A DNA stretch of 63,754 nt, filler included, from Octopus bimaculoides (Eukaryota): assembly GCF_001194135.2 (NCBI RefSeq). It is 8 parts of 8 records of this genome, joined end to end, with 100 filler letters (N's around TTAATTAATTAA, not from the genome) between each part and the next. Parts side by side here need not be neighbours in the genome. Positions count along the whole stretch, not along the records: positions 1 to 23,621 come from NC_068995.1; 7 more parts are not named here. One strand, written 5' to 3'. Under the pieces are notes generated by a model. That model was not told the origin of the DNA. It worked only from the letters and a program-made list of their open reading frames with translations, and did no database searches. How positions within the stretch are numbered: position 1 is the first letter of the stretch; each line of letters opens with the position of its first letter. Of the stretch, positions 1 to 14,039 are shown piece after piece. The translations under genes and the position numbers were made by a program.

Positions 1-211
1 TATGTTTCAAATACGCACGCCTTCCGCACCCCCGCACATATATACTTGTGTAATACAATCACTCACACACGAGCACACACACACGCACACACACATGCAC
101 TCTCACCTCCGTGTGCATGTGTCTGTATGTGCGTGTGGTTGGGTATTAATGCATATATATGCATGTACATATATGCACATATATATGTAGGCACATCCGT
201 ATAGAGAAATA

Positions 212-424
212 GTGGCGAGCAGGCAGCATCATTAGTACGTCGAAAAAATGCTTAGCGGCATTTCTTCCGCCCATTACGTTCTGAGTTCAAATTCTGCCGA
301 TATCGACTTTGCTTTTTATCCTTTTCGGGTTGATGAAATAAGTATTAGTTGAGCACTACAGCCGATGTAATCTTATCTCCCGCTCAACCGTTATTGTAGA
401 CCTTGTGCCTACAGTCGAAAGAAT
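212..424 (+). mobile_element. SINE family A copy
   Basis: Similarity by eye to 20026-20259. Confidence 0.75.
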
Positions 425-658
425 ATATATGTATGCGGGTGTTTGTGAGAGAGAGACTACATATATGCACACATATATATGTACTTTTACGTCTATATAT
501 ATATGTGTGTGTGTGTGTTTGTATGTGTGTGTGCGGTTCAACATAAATGTTGAAATCTCAGACTAGTCACTGTAGCCTTTCATTCATTTGCACACCACTA
601 CCTGGCTGTTTGGCTCGTTAGATATTCCAGCTAAACTCTTTGAAAGTTTAGCTTACAG

Positions 659-1530
659 TACGAGAATGGGCTGAATATTTCGTGCGCTGACTGTGACGGA
701 ATGAGGAAATCTTCCTTGCATGAATTTCAACTCAGTTTATTAAAAAATTGCATTGTTTCTTTTCAATCATGCTCAAATAATACTTCAAACCTAATTATTA
801 ATCTTCTTTTGAAAATGGAGGAAATTTGGCATCTTGGAATTATAAACTACTATAAAAAGAAAAAAAAAAAAAGGATTAGCCCACGGTGACATTCATGCTG
901 ACATGGTTACTACATTAGGGAATAACAATGAAGCTGCATCAACAGTGCAAAAGTAGGCAGCTGAATTTATGAGGGAAAATGTGCGTCTTGGAGATGACTC
1001 ACAGTCTGAAGGTGCTGCAGCTACCACTTCCGAAGGAAACATTGGCTGCGTTCATCACTGACGGATTACATGCATTTGACAATAAATCAAGTAGCTTGTG
1101 CTATTAGTATATCCCACGAAAGAGTTGAGAATATTCTCCACAATGAATTTGTAAGGACGAAACTTTCTGCTCGATGGGTGCCATGTCTTTTGTCATCTGT
1201 TCAAAGCGAACTAGGTTGATCACATCACGGAATCTCTGACATCTTTTCATGCTGATCCATATGGTTTCCTTGAACGTGTCCTAAGCCGCTTTGAATGGTT
1301 AGTTTATCAATTTGAACTAGAGTCAAAGAGACAATTAATGAAGTGTAAGCACTCTTCCTGGTCTGATCAAAAGTAGGTCAAGGTGGTTTCATCTGCAGGG
1401 AAGGAGATGGCCTGACTTTCTTTTTTTCTCTTCGGATACGCAAGGCATTGTGCTTATTAACTACCTTCAAAACTTCCTCGCCCTAAATGGCGAGTATTGT
1501 GCCAACTTGCTCAGGCAGATACGATATGAT
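659..1530 (+). mobile_element. Decayed mariner transposon, 5' two-thirds
   Basis: TA followed by a TIR-like start; remnants MEEIWHLGIINY, ISHERVENILHNE..KLSARWVP, VKVVSSAGKEMA, QGIVLINYLQ, NGEYCANLLRQ, with many stops and frameshifts. Confidence 0.8.
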
Positions 1531-3349
1531 TTCAGCACAGAATGCCCATCGGTTTGCATTCCATGAGAGTACCTTGCTCAACCTACGAAATTTTCAGTCT
1601 TCACTCGCAGTAGAGTAAATCTCATGTATCCACAATCCAGTTACATGCATATAGGAAATTTACGCTATGGCCACTGCTAGAATGCGCTTAAATCATAGAT
1701 TTGTATGAACAACATTTAGCTAAGGCTCAACACCAAAACGACCTTCCTGAAGTAAGGTATCTATTCCATGGTGTGTTTTTGAGATTAATCAAAATATTAC
1801 AAATAGCATTGAGAACCTTTGTGGGGAAGCAGTTTCATGGAACATTGCTCATTATCATGTGTGTCCCTCTACTAAAAACTTGAAGGCAATTTTTTTGTTA
1901 GACGAGGAATTATAGTAATCTTGTGAGCCACAGATTGTCCATAACTGCTTTAGAACGTAATTTCGTTTTTACTCAGGTTACTAAATGTGAGAATTATTGG
2001 ATTCCTACTTATATTTTCAACATCAGTTCAAATCCTGTCATTGCCGATTTTGCATTTCAATAATGTCGATATGTTTTTGCTAATAATACATTGTTTGTCA
2101 GGGGTAAATACTATTACACCTCGCTTTAAAACTCTTGGATTCCATGAATAACAATTTGCAATACATTTTCTTAGACTGGATTCAATAATAGTTTCAATTA
2201 ATATATTTAAATTAAAAATTTGACCCATAGTTAATTTTCAGTTCTTGACAGCAGAAAAATGAAGTTTCCACTCTCTGCATGACCGAATGACTGGGACGTA
2301 TTCAACATATTAGGTGAAAGAATCTGTATATATTTCTAGCTATCTTAGGATTAAATAAGCCTATTTGCCGGTATTAACGTTCTGCCGTTGTTGTTGAGCT
2401 TTATGTTAGCTCTGATCAAACGTCGAAATTACAAGAGGCGTTTATATTTGAATGTTTTCCGATAAGCACAGGGTGCTGTTTATTTTATCATTGCTGCGTG
2501 CTAATGTTCCCATCATTGATAATCAAATTGAACATATTTTCGAAACGAGGTTTGTGGACGTGTTATGTAGAGTAACATAATTGCTCTTTATTTGTATACG
2601 TCGGTGAGCCAAACAATGATGTGTCGTACTCCTGTGTCAAACATTCTTAACATCAATTTCTGACTGAATGTTATTCTGCCTTAATTTTTCCGTTACAGAG
2701 TCGGAGATCATCGAAATACCGCGGTCAATGTCTATAGTAAAGGCATGACTAATCATAGATCAAATAGATGTGCATGCGAATATAGGGTTATATCAATTGC
2801 CACGATCATTTTCCTATTATGAGTGTGAAATTATATTTCATGGTAAAAATTACGAATGGTTATTCAATCACGGGGCATGAAAAATTATTGGCCCAAATTC
2901 AGCCGCTAAATGCGAGTACATGAAAAGTGGTAATCAATCGATCATAATTTCGTCTGTGTAGGAACACAGTATATGTACAATCGTATACAACCACCGTTTA
3001 TGTGTGCTGCTATCCTTCCAACTTAGTATAACCTATACTATAATTGTGGGAGCAACAAATAATAATTAATAGTTCTTTCTAAATTTTGGCACTGAGTGAG
3101 CAATTTCTAGAGGGGGACGTCGATTACACCAGTCCAACTGTACAACTGGTAATTTATTTAATCAACTACGTTAGGTTGAAAGCCAAGTATCGTCCTCGAC
3201 TGAATTATAATTCAGAACGTAAAAGTTCAGAAGAAATCATGCTGCTAAGCATTTTGCTGACACGCAGAACATAAGTCTTCCGTACAGAACATGAATTTGT
3301 GGTTTGTGTAGTCAACCATTTTGAATTGTGAATATCTTATGCTACACAT

Positions 3350-4200
3350 TATTCTATCCAGATACGCTTTAGGAGAAACGTTGTTTTTTGCCCATGTCTA
3401 CATTGGCACATTCGAAAAATCCAGTCGGCACCCCTCAGCCAGTTGCAATAGGTTGACAAGATTTCTGAGGTATGGTATTCTTTAACGGTTAGTCCCGCTC
3501 TATCCAGGTGTGTACCTGTTGTGTCGACGACCCCCAAGTGAAGAAGTCGGATCTCGCAAGACATATAGAGGTAGTCTGGCCGTAGTAGGTGTGTTGAGGA
3601 GCAGTCGAGTAGCAGTTGTGTAGCAGTTGAGTAGAGATCATCTGAATGTGCTAGATAGCAGTAGCATTGAGACATAACAGTGGCGACGCGGATTTTGTAG
3701 CTCACACAGCCACTGTGTATTATTGTGATATAACAGTGATGACAAGGATTCGCAGCTCACACAGCCACTGTGTAGTATTGCGACATAACAGTACCCAAGA
3801 TGACGTTGCAATCGCGCAATGGAACTACAGAAGGAGACGTCCTAGGGAAAAGTTTCAAAGGTCTGGTGAAACCAGCCTCTCCAGTCTCAGTCGGAGCGTA
3901 CACAGGTCTAAAAGCACGGTCTCCACAATTGCTCACATCCAGGAACACAAACTTACCATCAGGGGTCTAGGAAGATCATCCGTACCTTGAGATCCAAGTT
4001 TTTCCCAGATAGCACTGTTACTCTACCTCCCATTCTAGATCTCAAACTTGTCACAAATATGGGATAGATCGTGTGAGTCGAAAATCCTGGTTTCGCAGAC
4101 GGCTGTAACATTCATAGCTAGTGATCTGAAAAGCCGACTTGCTTCCTAGATGACCTCCATGTCTCAATCATTTATAGAACCCATTCTTAAACCCACCATG
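3350..4200 (-). mobile_element. Decayed Tx1/L1-type LINE ORF2 AP-endonuclease domain, interrupted by a solo-LTR-like insert
   Basis: Remnants MVGLRMGSIN, AVCETR, GGRVTVLSGKNLDLKVRMIFLDP, FLDVSNCGDRAFRPVYAP, DCNVILG, DFSNVPM*TW, YLDRI, in APE motif order. Confidence 0.7.
3517..3790. mobile_element. Solo-LTR-like insert (274 bp) with a 5-bp target site duplication
   Basis: TG...CA ends, terminal inverted repeat TGTTGTGTCG / CGACATAACA (9 of 10 match), and GTACC duplicated at 3512-3516 and 3791-3795. Confidence 0.7.
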
Positions 4201-5990
4201 GTATCCAGAAAGCGTTTGGAGAAGAAAATAGTGGGTCTACGTATCAACCACGTACGGATGGTAGAGAGGTGGTTCAACCTTCATTAGCTTGTTGGGGGTT
4301 CTTTTGAGAACTTCCTTAAATACCTGCTCGTCGGTTTTACATGTGGAGTTCCCAGTTAGCCCACCCCAATGTTAATATTGTTCCTGAGACATACGCACTA
4401 CCATCAGTGCTTATAGTATTTGAACGATGTTGGTGCCAGGCCACAACCTTAGATCCAATGAAAAACCGCATGGATTGACAATTACCTTCATTATGAAAAG
4501 CTACACCCTCTCAGGTGTCTTCGCTGGATAATTACATGTAGTGCAGTCAGAATAATTCTGTCATGTAGGCATCATTTCTCCAAATGTCTTACATCCACCC
4601 CAACGACAGCAGTTAATACAACGATTACAATAACAATGACTAAATACAAGAGCAATAGCATTGATAATAAGGTGTTGACACTATCATGATGAAAATTATT
4701 TCAATGCTAGTAATAAAGGAAGAAAAATAGAATCATCCATGCATTGTAGACGGTTACTGACGTTGACGTTAACAATTGGGACTACAGCAATTCAATTACA
4801 TTATGGAGATAAACTATGTTGGGTAATTATACTTGCCTCTGTTCTCTTCGATCCTTAACCGATCTATACAAAACATAACACTATTTTCTGTTTTATTTCT
4901 TATTTCAATCTCATTGAAAAAGTTGTTAGGAAGAGAAAAAAGAAGCTTAAAAAAGCCAGAATGTAAAAAAGCGATATCCATTCTAAAAATAGTTGTAAAT
5001 TCAAAAAGAATCTTTACTGTTGCACAAGTACCTATTTTGCCTTTGTTATTTCGATTCTCATTCATAACATTGGTTTAGTTTTGTTCTATTTCCCCTTCTA
5101 TTCACCCTTATTTATAAAGAGACTTGTCAGAAGAAATAGAGGTAAATTACACGACTGCAGAGAAAAAAAAAAGCGGTGTAATGATATAATAGAGATAGGA
5201 CTGTAAGCTAAACACATAAGAGCAAGAAAGAAAAAAGAAAAAAAAAATAGGTTAAAGAATAAATTTAAATTGGGTAACACTACATGAAATAGAAAAGGAA
5301 CATCAGCGAAAAAGTTTTATATAATAATGGAACTGAAACTAAAATAAAACATCGCCAGATCTTCGTCTGACGACCAGAATTTTTGTTTGTTTTCTCTTAA
5401 GATCTCCTAAGGGTCAATGATGTAGCCAGCTTCCAGCATAATGAATTGTATTGCGGTTCTAGTACAAAAAAAATAACCGATAAAGGTAAGCTTATAATGA
5501 ATCGATAAGACAATAACAAAGTTATGAATGTATAGCGAAAACCTGTTATTCTTTTGACGGATCAGATAGGAGACATACGGAATTCGTCTGAAAGCCTGGT
5601 AACATATGAAAAGGAACAGGCTTTCAATTGCTGTTTTATGTTTGTAAATTCGATTGCCATGAAGCTCTGTGAAATTAATCATATTTACCATCTATCTGGA
5701 TCACCATTGCGTTTGTCCTTTTATTCATACGATTGCATTCTCCTTTTATTTCTTTTCTTTCCTAATTTCATTTGTTATTTTTTCTTCTCTTTTATATCCT
5801 GTATGTTGTTTATTGCAATGCGTGGTTTGTTGACTTGAACAAGTTCAGTAATGAGGTTCCATTGGTGTGTTCCTTCAGCTATAGTGAAACATAGGTGTCA
5901 ATTTCTTAAATCAAGATAAAATTCCCAGTCCTAATTTCTTGCTTATTCAGCAGAAAATCGTGTTATTGTTATTGTTTTATTGTATCGATT

Positions 5991-5992
<2 letters not shown>

Positions 5993-6067
<75 letters not shown>

Positions 6068-6091
6068 TAAAACAACAACAACAGCAGCAGC

Positions 6092-6156
<65 letters not shown>
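5993..6156. repeat. (TTA)n and (TAA)n microsatellites in inverted arrangement
   Basis: About 25 TTA units, a 24-nt spacer, then about 21 AAT units. Confidence 0.95.
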
Positions 6157-6157
<1 letters not shown>

Positions 6158-8390
6158 TCTACATAAGACGTAGTCCAACTTGGTTGTTTAACTTTGAAAA
6201 TGATACTTATTTATTTGCCCTATTGAAGATGTTATAGTAAACATTAATTTCCGATTTTTGTTGCAGAGTTGGTCCAGCCATTAGTTCATGGATTCTACTA
6301 AAGTGTAATGAATAGCTTAGCAGAACAATCTTCCGAGGCTCACATCTGAGCACACGGTGCAATGTTAAAAAATATCATAACACTAGATAAGTGCTATTTG
6401 GTGCCTGGTGGATTTTGCCAATGATAATGTGCACGTTTTGGACGGTGCCTCCAACTATATTTATGTATAGTTCCCAAAGTATTTTTAATGACGTTTAACA
6501 TCAATTGGATACGATAAAAGATTAAGAGAATACATACTTCTATTATCCGAATAGTAGTAACGCGGCTGGAGAAGAAGGGGGACGATATGGACATAATGGA
6601 TAATATCATGCTGGCGGATTCATATTATTGCAAGTGTTTTTTTTTTATTTTCTTAATTTTCATAGGAAAAATGTGAACTGGTGGTTCTAAGCATGTATAC
6701 CTCTACTTCATTCGTATCAGCACTTTCTCTCCCTTTCAACTAATACCGTTAGTTCCTAATTCATATCCATTTCGAGATTTTTCTCTCCCTAGCCATCAGA
6801 TAATTGAATCTTACCTGTTCTTCTTGTCCAAAGAAAGTCAAGAATGTTAGACTGAGTCGAAAGCTGCTTCCATGGAACATGCAAAATCAGCAGTTCCCAA
6901 AAACTCTACAGCCCTTCAAAGCACGGACACTGAATTACTGCCTTCAATAGAACTGAGTTGTGTCAACATGCATTTTCGGACAGGATAGTTTTATAGTTCT
7001 TCGTTGTCTCTAGGAACTGCCTGAAATTGAAAATAAATTTCAGTACTAAAAGCAGGGCGTATATTTCTTCAAGTGCTTCGTTAACTACCGAGAGGAAAGC
7101 GTCCTAAATATATTGGTGGTGCTCAAAATTCTCCCGTAAACTACGTCATTGCTGCAGAATGTAAATGTAGAGGATTCACGGCCAAATTAAAGGTTCCGAG
7201 TCTTTGACATTAGTGCAACGTGCATTGCTTCAACACGTTTCTGAAACGCGTGCACGTAACGGCGACGCACACGTTCAAAACATTTGCACATCATTTTAGT
7301 GAGATTCTTTTGCGCAAGCTATTGTGACACCGGGAACATTCCATCGTTTTTGTAAGATACTTCATCAACTTTTTCTGTATCTTGAGCGGTTGTAAATACC
7401 GCCCAATTCTTTGATCCACAATTTTCTGGATTATATAAATAAGTAGATAGTACACAAAAGAGAGTGTGGCTTAACAGACATGCTTTCTGTTTTCGATTCC
7501 TATGTAAACAGCAGTAGATACAGACATCGTTGCTTTCCTTCTTCCATTTGATCCAACGGTACAGTCAAGTTGTGTTAAGTGGAGGTCGAAAGGAACGTAT
7601 TAGCTCTTAACTGGGACTCAAACTTCTGCTACGTAGTCTGGTAGAGAGGGATACGAAGCGCTTGGGATCAAAAGCACACACCAGTTGTCTTGCACAGAAA
7701 TTGAAGCAACGTGCTATCAAGCTATATTTGAAAATCAGTGAAATTTATAATTTCGATGTTTCAGTTTCCCGCTGTACAAGTGCTTGGACTTGAACATTCT
7801 CTTTATATGTTTTTTTATGTTATTGTCTGATTTATTTTAATACAGAGGGACATCAGATACAACGAATTCGGAGAAATTTCACGCAATTGGGGACTCTGCG
7901 CTACTACCATCGTGACGCATATCCTAATATCACATCTCTCTAACTCCTACCTAAAAACAGGTGTCGTGTTGACGTTGGAAATGGCATTTGTGAAAAAATG
8001 TGTAATGAGTTAAAAATCTCAAACGACAAACGTTTTTTTATACCAAGTGCAACTATCCAACGACTCTTGATTTTAGTAAAACTGGAATACAAGAAAATGG
8101 TATATTATGCGGTAATCCATTGCTGAACACATACAGACATCTTCCTAAAATAAAATTTAATAAATATGAATAACGCTAATACTGCTTCTAACACTGCTTT
8201 TGGTGGGGGTACTGCTGCTGCCACTGCTTCACATGGTCATTGGTTAACATGTGGATAATGGTTACGATCATGATCTTGGTCATCATTATCTTCATCTTCA
8301 TTATCATCAATATGATCACCGTTATTGACGTCCAGGATCCTCATCATCAAAACAATTATGCCAATAACGGAAACGCCAATTATGGGCACA

Positions 8391-8548
8391 GGTATGGCCG
8401 CGTGGTTAGAAGTTTCGTTCCAAACTACATGGTTCTGTGTTCAGTGACATTGCATGGCAATTTGGGCAAGTGTACTTTAAAATAGCCTCGGGCCGACTGA
8501 ATCCTTGTGAGGGGATTTGATCAGCAGAAAGTAAAAGAAGCCCGTTGT
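8391..8548 (+). mobile_element. Diverged SINE family B (CORE-like) 5' part, ending in (CA)n
   Basis: TTTGGGCAAGTG..ATAGCCTCGGGCCGAC..CCTTGTGAG..AAAGAAGCCCGT. Confidence 0.7.
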
Positions 8549-8559
8549 ACACACACACA

Positions 8560-8619
<60 letters not shown>

Positions 8620-9766
8620 NNNNNNNNNNNNNNNNNNNNNNNNNNNNNNNNNNNNNNNNNNNNNNNNNNNNNNNNNNNNNNNNNNNNNNNNNNNNNNNNN
8701 NNNNNNNNNNNNNNNNNNNNNNNNNNNNNNNNNNNNNNNNNNNNNNNNNNNNNNNNNNNNNNNNNNNNNNNNNNNNNNNNNNNNNNNNNNNNNNNNNNNN
8801 NNNNNNNNNNNNNNNNNNNNNNNNNNNNNNNNNNNNNNNNNNNNNNNNNNNNNNNNNNNNNNNNNNNNNNNNNNNNNNNNNNNNNNNNNNNNNNNNNNNN
8901 NNNNNNNNNNNNNNNNNNNNNNNNNNNNNNNNNNNNNNNNNNNNNNNNNNNNNNNNNNNNNNNNNNNNNNNNNNNNNNNNNNNNNNNNNNNNNNNNNNNN
9001 NNNNNNNNNNNNNNNNNNNNNNNNNNNNNNNNNNNNNNNNNNNNNNNNNNNNNNNNNNNNNNNNNNNNNNNNNNNNNNNNNNNNNNNNNNNNNNNNNNNN
9101 NNNNNNNNNNNNNNNNNNNNNNNNNNNNNNNNNNNNNNNNNNNNNNNNNNNNNNNNNNNNNNNNNNNNNNNNNNNNNNNNNNNNNNNNNNNNNNNNNNNN
9201 NNNNNNNNNNNNNNNNNNNNNNNNNNNNNNNNNNNNNNNNNNNNNNNNNNNNNNNNNNNNNNNNNNNNNNNNNNNNNNNNNNNNNNNNNNNNNNNNNNNN
9301 NNNNNNNNNNNNNNNNNNNNNNNNNNNNNNNNNNNNNNNNNNNNNNNNNNNNNNNNNNNNNNNNNNNNNNNNNNNNNNNNNNNNNNNNNNNNNNNNNNNN
9401 NNNNNNNNNNNNNNNNNNNNNNNNNNNNNNNNNNNNNNNNNNNNNNNNNNNNNNNNNNNNNNNNNNNNNNNNNNNNNNNNNNNNNNNNNNNNNNNNNNNN
9501 NNNNNNNNNNNNNNNNNNNNNNNNNNNNNNNNNNNNNNNNNNNNNNNNNNNNNNNNNNNNNNNNNNNNNNNNNNNNNNNNNNNNNNNNNNNNNCAGACAG
9601 ATAGTTCGAAAAAATAGAGAGAGGGGGCAGAGACAGACAGACACAGACAGAGAAACAGAAAGATTGATGGATAGATAGATAGAAAGAAAGAAAGATAGAT
9701 AGATAGATATATATTTAGATAGATAGATAACGCATACATACATACATACATACATACATACATACA

Positions 9767-9800
<34 letters not shown>

Positions 9801-9806
9801 CATACA
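8549..9806. repeat. (CA)n, N-gap, then (GATA)n/(CATA)n
   Basis: Read directly from the sequence. Confidence 0.95.
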
Positions 9807-10210
9807 TTTGTATGCTGTCCTTTTGAGTCAGAAAATGTACATATACATGGTAAAATATTTCATAATTTTTATTGTACTCTTTGCTTTCAATTCCTTTTAT
9901 TTACTCCCGTTTCACTTTATTCTCCCTTTCCTTTCCCTTCCCAATATAAATATCACTCTTTTAGCTTGCTTCTTATTGTACATCCCTTGCACATAATATA
10001 CATTGTAAATATATTCAAAGACGGCAGCATGCATTATTAAGTATTATATTCCATATCTGCTCATAACTTTGAGCATAAATACATGCTCACCAAAACACAC
10101 GTTCATTTATACATAGACACATGCACTAGGCCATCCAACAAAAGAACAAAAAGTACACGTGGGCACACACACAATATATATGTATACATATACATACGTG
10201 TATGTACGAG

Positions 10211-10257
<47 letters not shown>

Positions 10258-12106
10258 ACATATACATCTACATGTATGCGTACACTAGTACAGGTGTATG
10301 TATAAACAGAACATGCACATACATATATGTTTATATGTTTCGTATGTATAAGTTGTTGTGAGTATGTAATCACGAAGCCACACTCATGCACAATTGTATG
10401 TATGTATGTGTATGTCGAGTATGCGTGCGTGTGAGTCTCTGTCTATGTCAACATGTCTGAATAATTGATTATCTTACTTGTAAGGACTGTAAGTTTAGAA
10501 GGAGTGACTGGTTAGTAATTTACTACACCATATGCATTAATATTACATTACATAAGTACGTGTGTGTGTGTATTTTTGCATTTACGCCACATCGTGTACT
10601 GATGAATGCACGAAGAAATGTTATTGTATGAATTCAGGATGATATGTTCTTGCGCAAATAGAGGCTGTATATATGTCGTTTCAAGCGTATATTTCTTTAC
10701 ATCCAAATGCACTTTGTATGCTTTTTACCTATTGATATTTTAAAGCAGAAATAGTATAACATTGACTGTTATCTAATGGCACCTAGCATAGACACAATGT
10801 AGATTGATATTGAGAGCATTGTTATTTTGTGGGTTAGAGAAACCTTTGTGTATATTTAGCCATTCTTTTTCAGCGTTGCAAAAACTGTGACACGGACACA
10901 TATAGGCGTTAGGTGTTATCCTGAGACAAATATAAAGGTCATTAGAATTATTTAAACATAATGCTAGATGTTGCAGCCTCCAGAGAATATTTCAGATGTA
11001 ACTTAGATGAAATATTTTAGTTAAATTGTCTGAAAGGACCGTGTAGCTTTAACATATAAACATACAGTAGAAGTGAAATGTGTGTATAATTCTTGTTATC
11101 ATATTTATCATATTAACACGCCTAATGAAATTATTTTATAGCGGTTCTCTAGTTGGAATATTGCCCTCAAACTTTGAATATCTGACATATATAATCTGAT
11201 ATTATCAGACTTAAAGTCTTGAATAAATAAAATAAATGATATATTCCTACTTTTTTTTTATCTATGTAGGTTTTCCGTTCAATAAATTTCCAATTACATT
11301 AAAACAGCAATTGAATATTACAATGACATCTGCGCTAATACTCAATATAGTTTTTTCCCCCTATCTTGTATAAACGGAATAGCTTCTTTTTTTTTTTTTT
11401 AGTTTCTAGTGTCAACAGTTTCATCGGTTCCATTTCACGTAACTCTCAAAAATATATCTAGCATTGTACTCGATAACTGAATTTACATCGGTATCTGTTT
11501 TATTTTGTAACATATGAATATGCTATACTGGCCCCAATCTAAGGCTAAATAAGTCACAATTCGTTTAGTCTGTTCAAAAATATTCCGAACACAACCATTA
11601 TTTTCACGTTTGAGTCCATGACAAAATAATTTCAAAAAGCGTATTAACCTTGCAAACCAAATCCGTTCGACTTACTCTATTTTACAATGTTAAGATTCAA
11701 GTAGCGGAAATGCATTCCTTTTTGGGAAGATAGAAATTTGGTTACTGAGTCTAGCGAAACACGCATGGACCGACAAATTTATGCCAATCGCCTTTTTGCA
11801 CGCTACCGTTTTTAGTATTATGATGCGTTTTGTTATCCTAGTTTGAGCATATCAAACATGTAGTCACCTTTTAACTGATTTTCAATTTTTCGTTGTCTAG
11901 TAAGGCTGTTCAAGGTGTAATTAACACAAGTTTGTTTTAGTACGAAAAGAGTCACACTTCTTTCCTAAATTCAATAATCTCCATGTGGAGTTTAGAGAAC
12001 CTCTTTTTGGGACACTGCTCCATACAATTTCCCCCGTTAGTTCAATATCTGGCATAGATGGAAAATTTTGTGTAGTTAAACTGCATGTTTCTATTGACCG
12101 AATCAT

Positions 12107-12310
<204 letters not shown>

Positions 12311-12588
12311 TCTCTGTTTCTCCCATATGTACACATACACAAAATTACATACACTGAAGCACACATACGTTAGATATTACATTAAATAGAATGTCATCTT
12401 GTTGGGAAACCAATATTGAATTTAAAATGATGACCACAAAACACGACTCAATTTCTTTTTATTTCTAAGTTTTGGAGGTGGCAGCAGCAGCGCTGGAGGT
12501 GGTAGTGGTATTGGTGGTTGCTGTGGTCGCGGTGATAATTTTGCCAGGTGTGTTGCTTGTTTCAGCAAATGTTTTATGCGCTTCTTAT

Positions 12589-12823
12589 GGCAGCAAGCTG
12601 GCCGAATCATTAACACACTGGGCGAAATGCTTAGCATTATTTCGTCTAGCGTTACGTTCTGAGTTCAAACTCCGCCGAGGTCGACTTTGCCTCTCATCAT
12701 TTCGGGGTCGATTAAATAAATACCAGTTACGCAATGGGGTCGATGTAATCGATTGAAACCCTTTGTCTGTATTTGTTTGTCCTCTCGATGTTTAGCACCC
12801 TCCTGTGGGCAATAAAGAAATAA
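12589..12823 (+). mobile_element. SINE family A copy
   Basis: CGTTCTGAGTTCAAACTCCGCCGAGGTCGACTTTGCC...GGGGTCGATTAAATAAATACCAG. Confidence 0.85.
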
Positions 12824-13544
12824 TCATTTTATACACTTCTTCCTCACCATTCGTTTTGTGTTGATTTAATGTTGTTCTGTTGGTTTTGCAGCCGTCATTT
12901 ATTTAATTTTGACGTGATTGTCATCGTTGTTGTTTCGGCCACTATTTTATGCATTGATGGTGGTACGTACCAAGAGAATGGTGCTAGTGGTAACTGCAGT
13001 GTCATCATCCATATTTCAGTTTTTGCTACCATTGTTGTTGTAGTATTAGTTACTGCTGCTGGTGAATGCTGTTGCTGTTATTGTCAAGTCGTGTTGTTTC
13101 TCAGCTGTTGCATCTGTCAGTTGCTGTCCTTTGTTTGTTTGACATATTATTGTTATTACTCTTGCTGCTACCATTACACCAAACTGTGAGTATAGTGAGA
13201 GAAATTTGAGAGTAATTCTTTTTTTTTTTCCTAGTTGCTGTTCTAACTGCCAGGTATATCCTCCATTTGCAACTTCATGTATATCTATGTTTTAGAGGAA
13301 GAATAAAATGTGAGAGAAGACTAAGACAATTCATCCCAGAAAGGAAAGAAAAGAAAGGGAACTGGCCAGTTCGTTTGAATCCCAGTCGCTTTAACGACAA
13401 AACAAAATAAAAATTTTCATCGCAGAGTTTTAATATAAAGTTAAAACATACCAATCTTCCGATTGGAAAAATTCAATATGAAAAGAAAAATAATAATATT
13501 CAAATGAAGAAGTCAAAGAGAGAATGATAATTATCCTTTGTTTT

Positions 13545-13750
13545 TAAGCACAAAACCTGAAATTTTGCGAAAGGGCGGATCTAATCGAATACATTAACAA
13601 CAGCGCTCAAGTGGTGCTTATTTTATAGACCTCGGAAGATTGAAAGGCAACGTCACTCTCGACGAAATTTGAAATCAGAAAGTAAAACCGGAACGCATAT
13701 CGCTAATCATTTTGTCTGGTGCAGTAACGATTCTCCAATCGCACCACCTC
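13545..13750 (-). mobile_element. Diverged SINE family A copy
   Basis: Reverse-complement similarity to family A. Confidence 0.6.
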
Positions 13751-14039
13751 AAAGAGGGATGATAATGACGGTGGTTTCTATTTTATAAGACAATGCCAAC
13801 ACGATTGAGAGCAGAGTTCTTGTCGATACTATCGGCTCTTACACTTGAATGGGATTTTATTCTATCCACCTCGAATGAATGAGAGGCAAATTTAACCTCG
13901 ACGTGTTTTCCAACCTGAAATGAGAGTCACTCTATTACTGTGTCGTCCATACTATCAGATGTAGTATATCACTGATCCCAATGTACTTCTATTTCTTTCC
14001 CGATTGCTCCATTACTGTCCGTCTTGGCCAAAATTGCAT

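Noticed and set aside
4225-4285. Gypsy integrase-like motif (STYQPRTDG..VER) on the plus strand
   Set aside because: Needs a frameshift, has no other integrase motifs at the right spacing, and the adjacent region is better explained as a minus-strand Tx1/L1 element.
8406-9803. Long ORFs (365-465 aa) in the track, and similar ones at 21.2-21.9, 46.5-47.0 and 58.7-59.7 kb
   Set aside because: Made of N-gaps and dinucleotide repeats. The only real part is the exon at 46916-47007.
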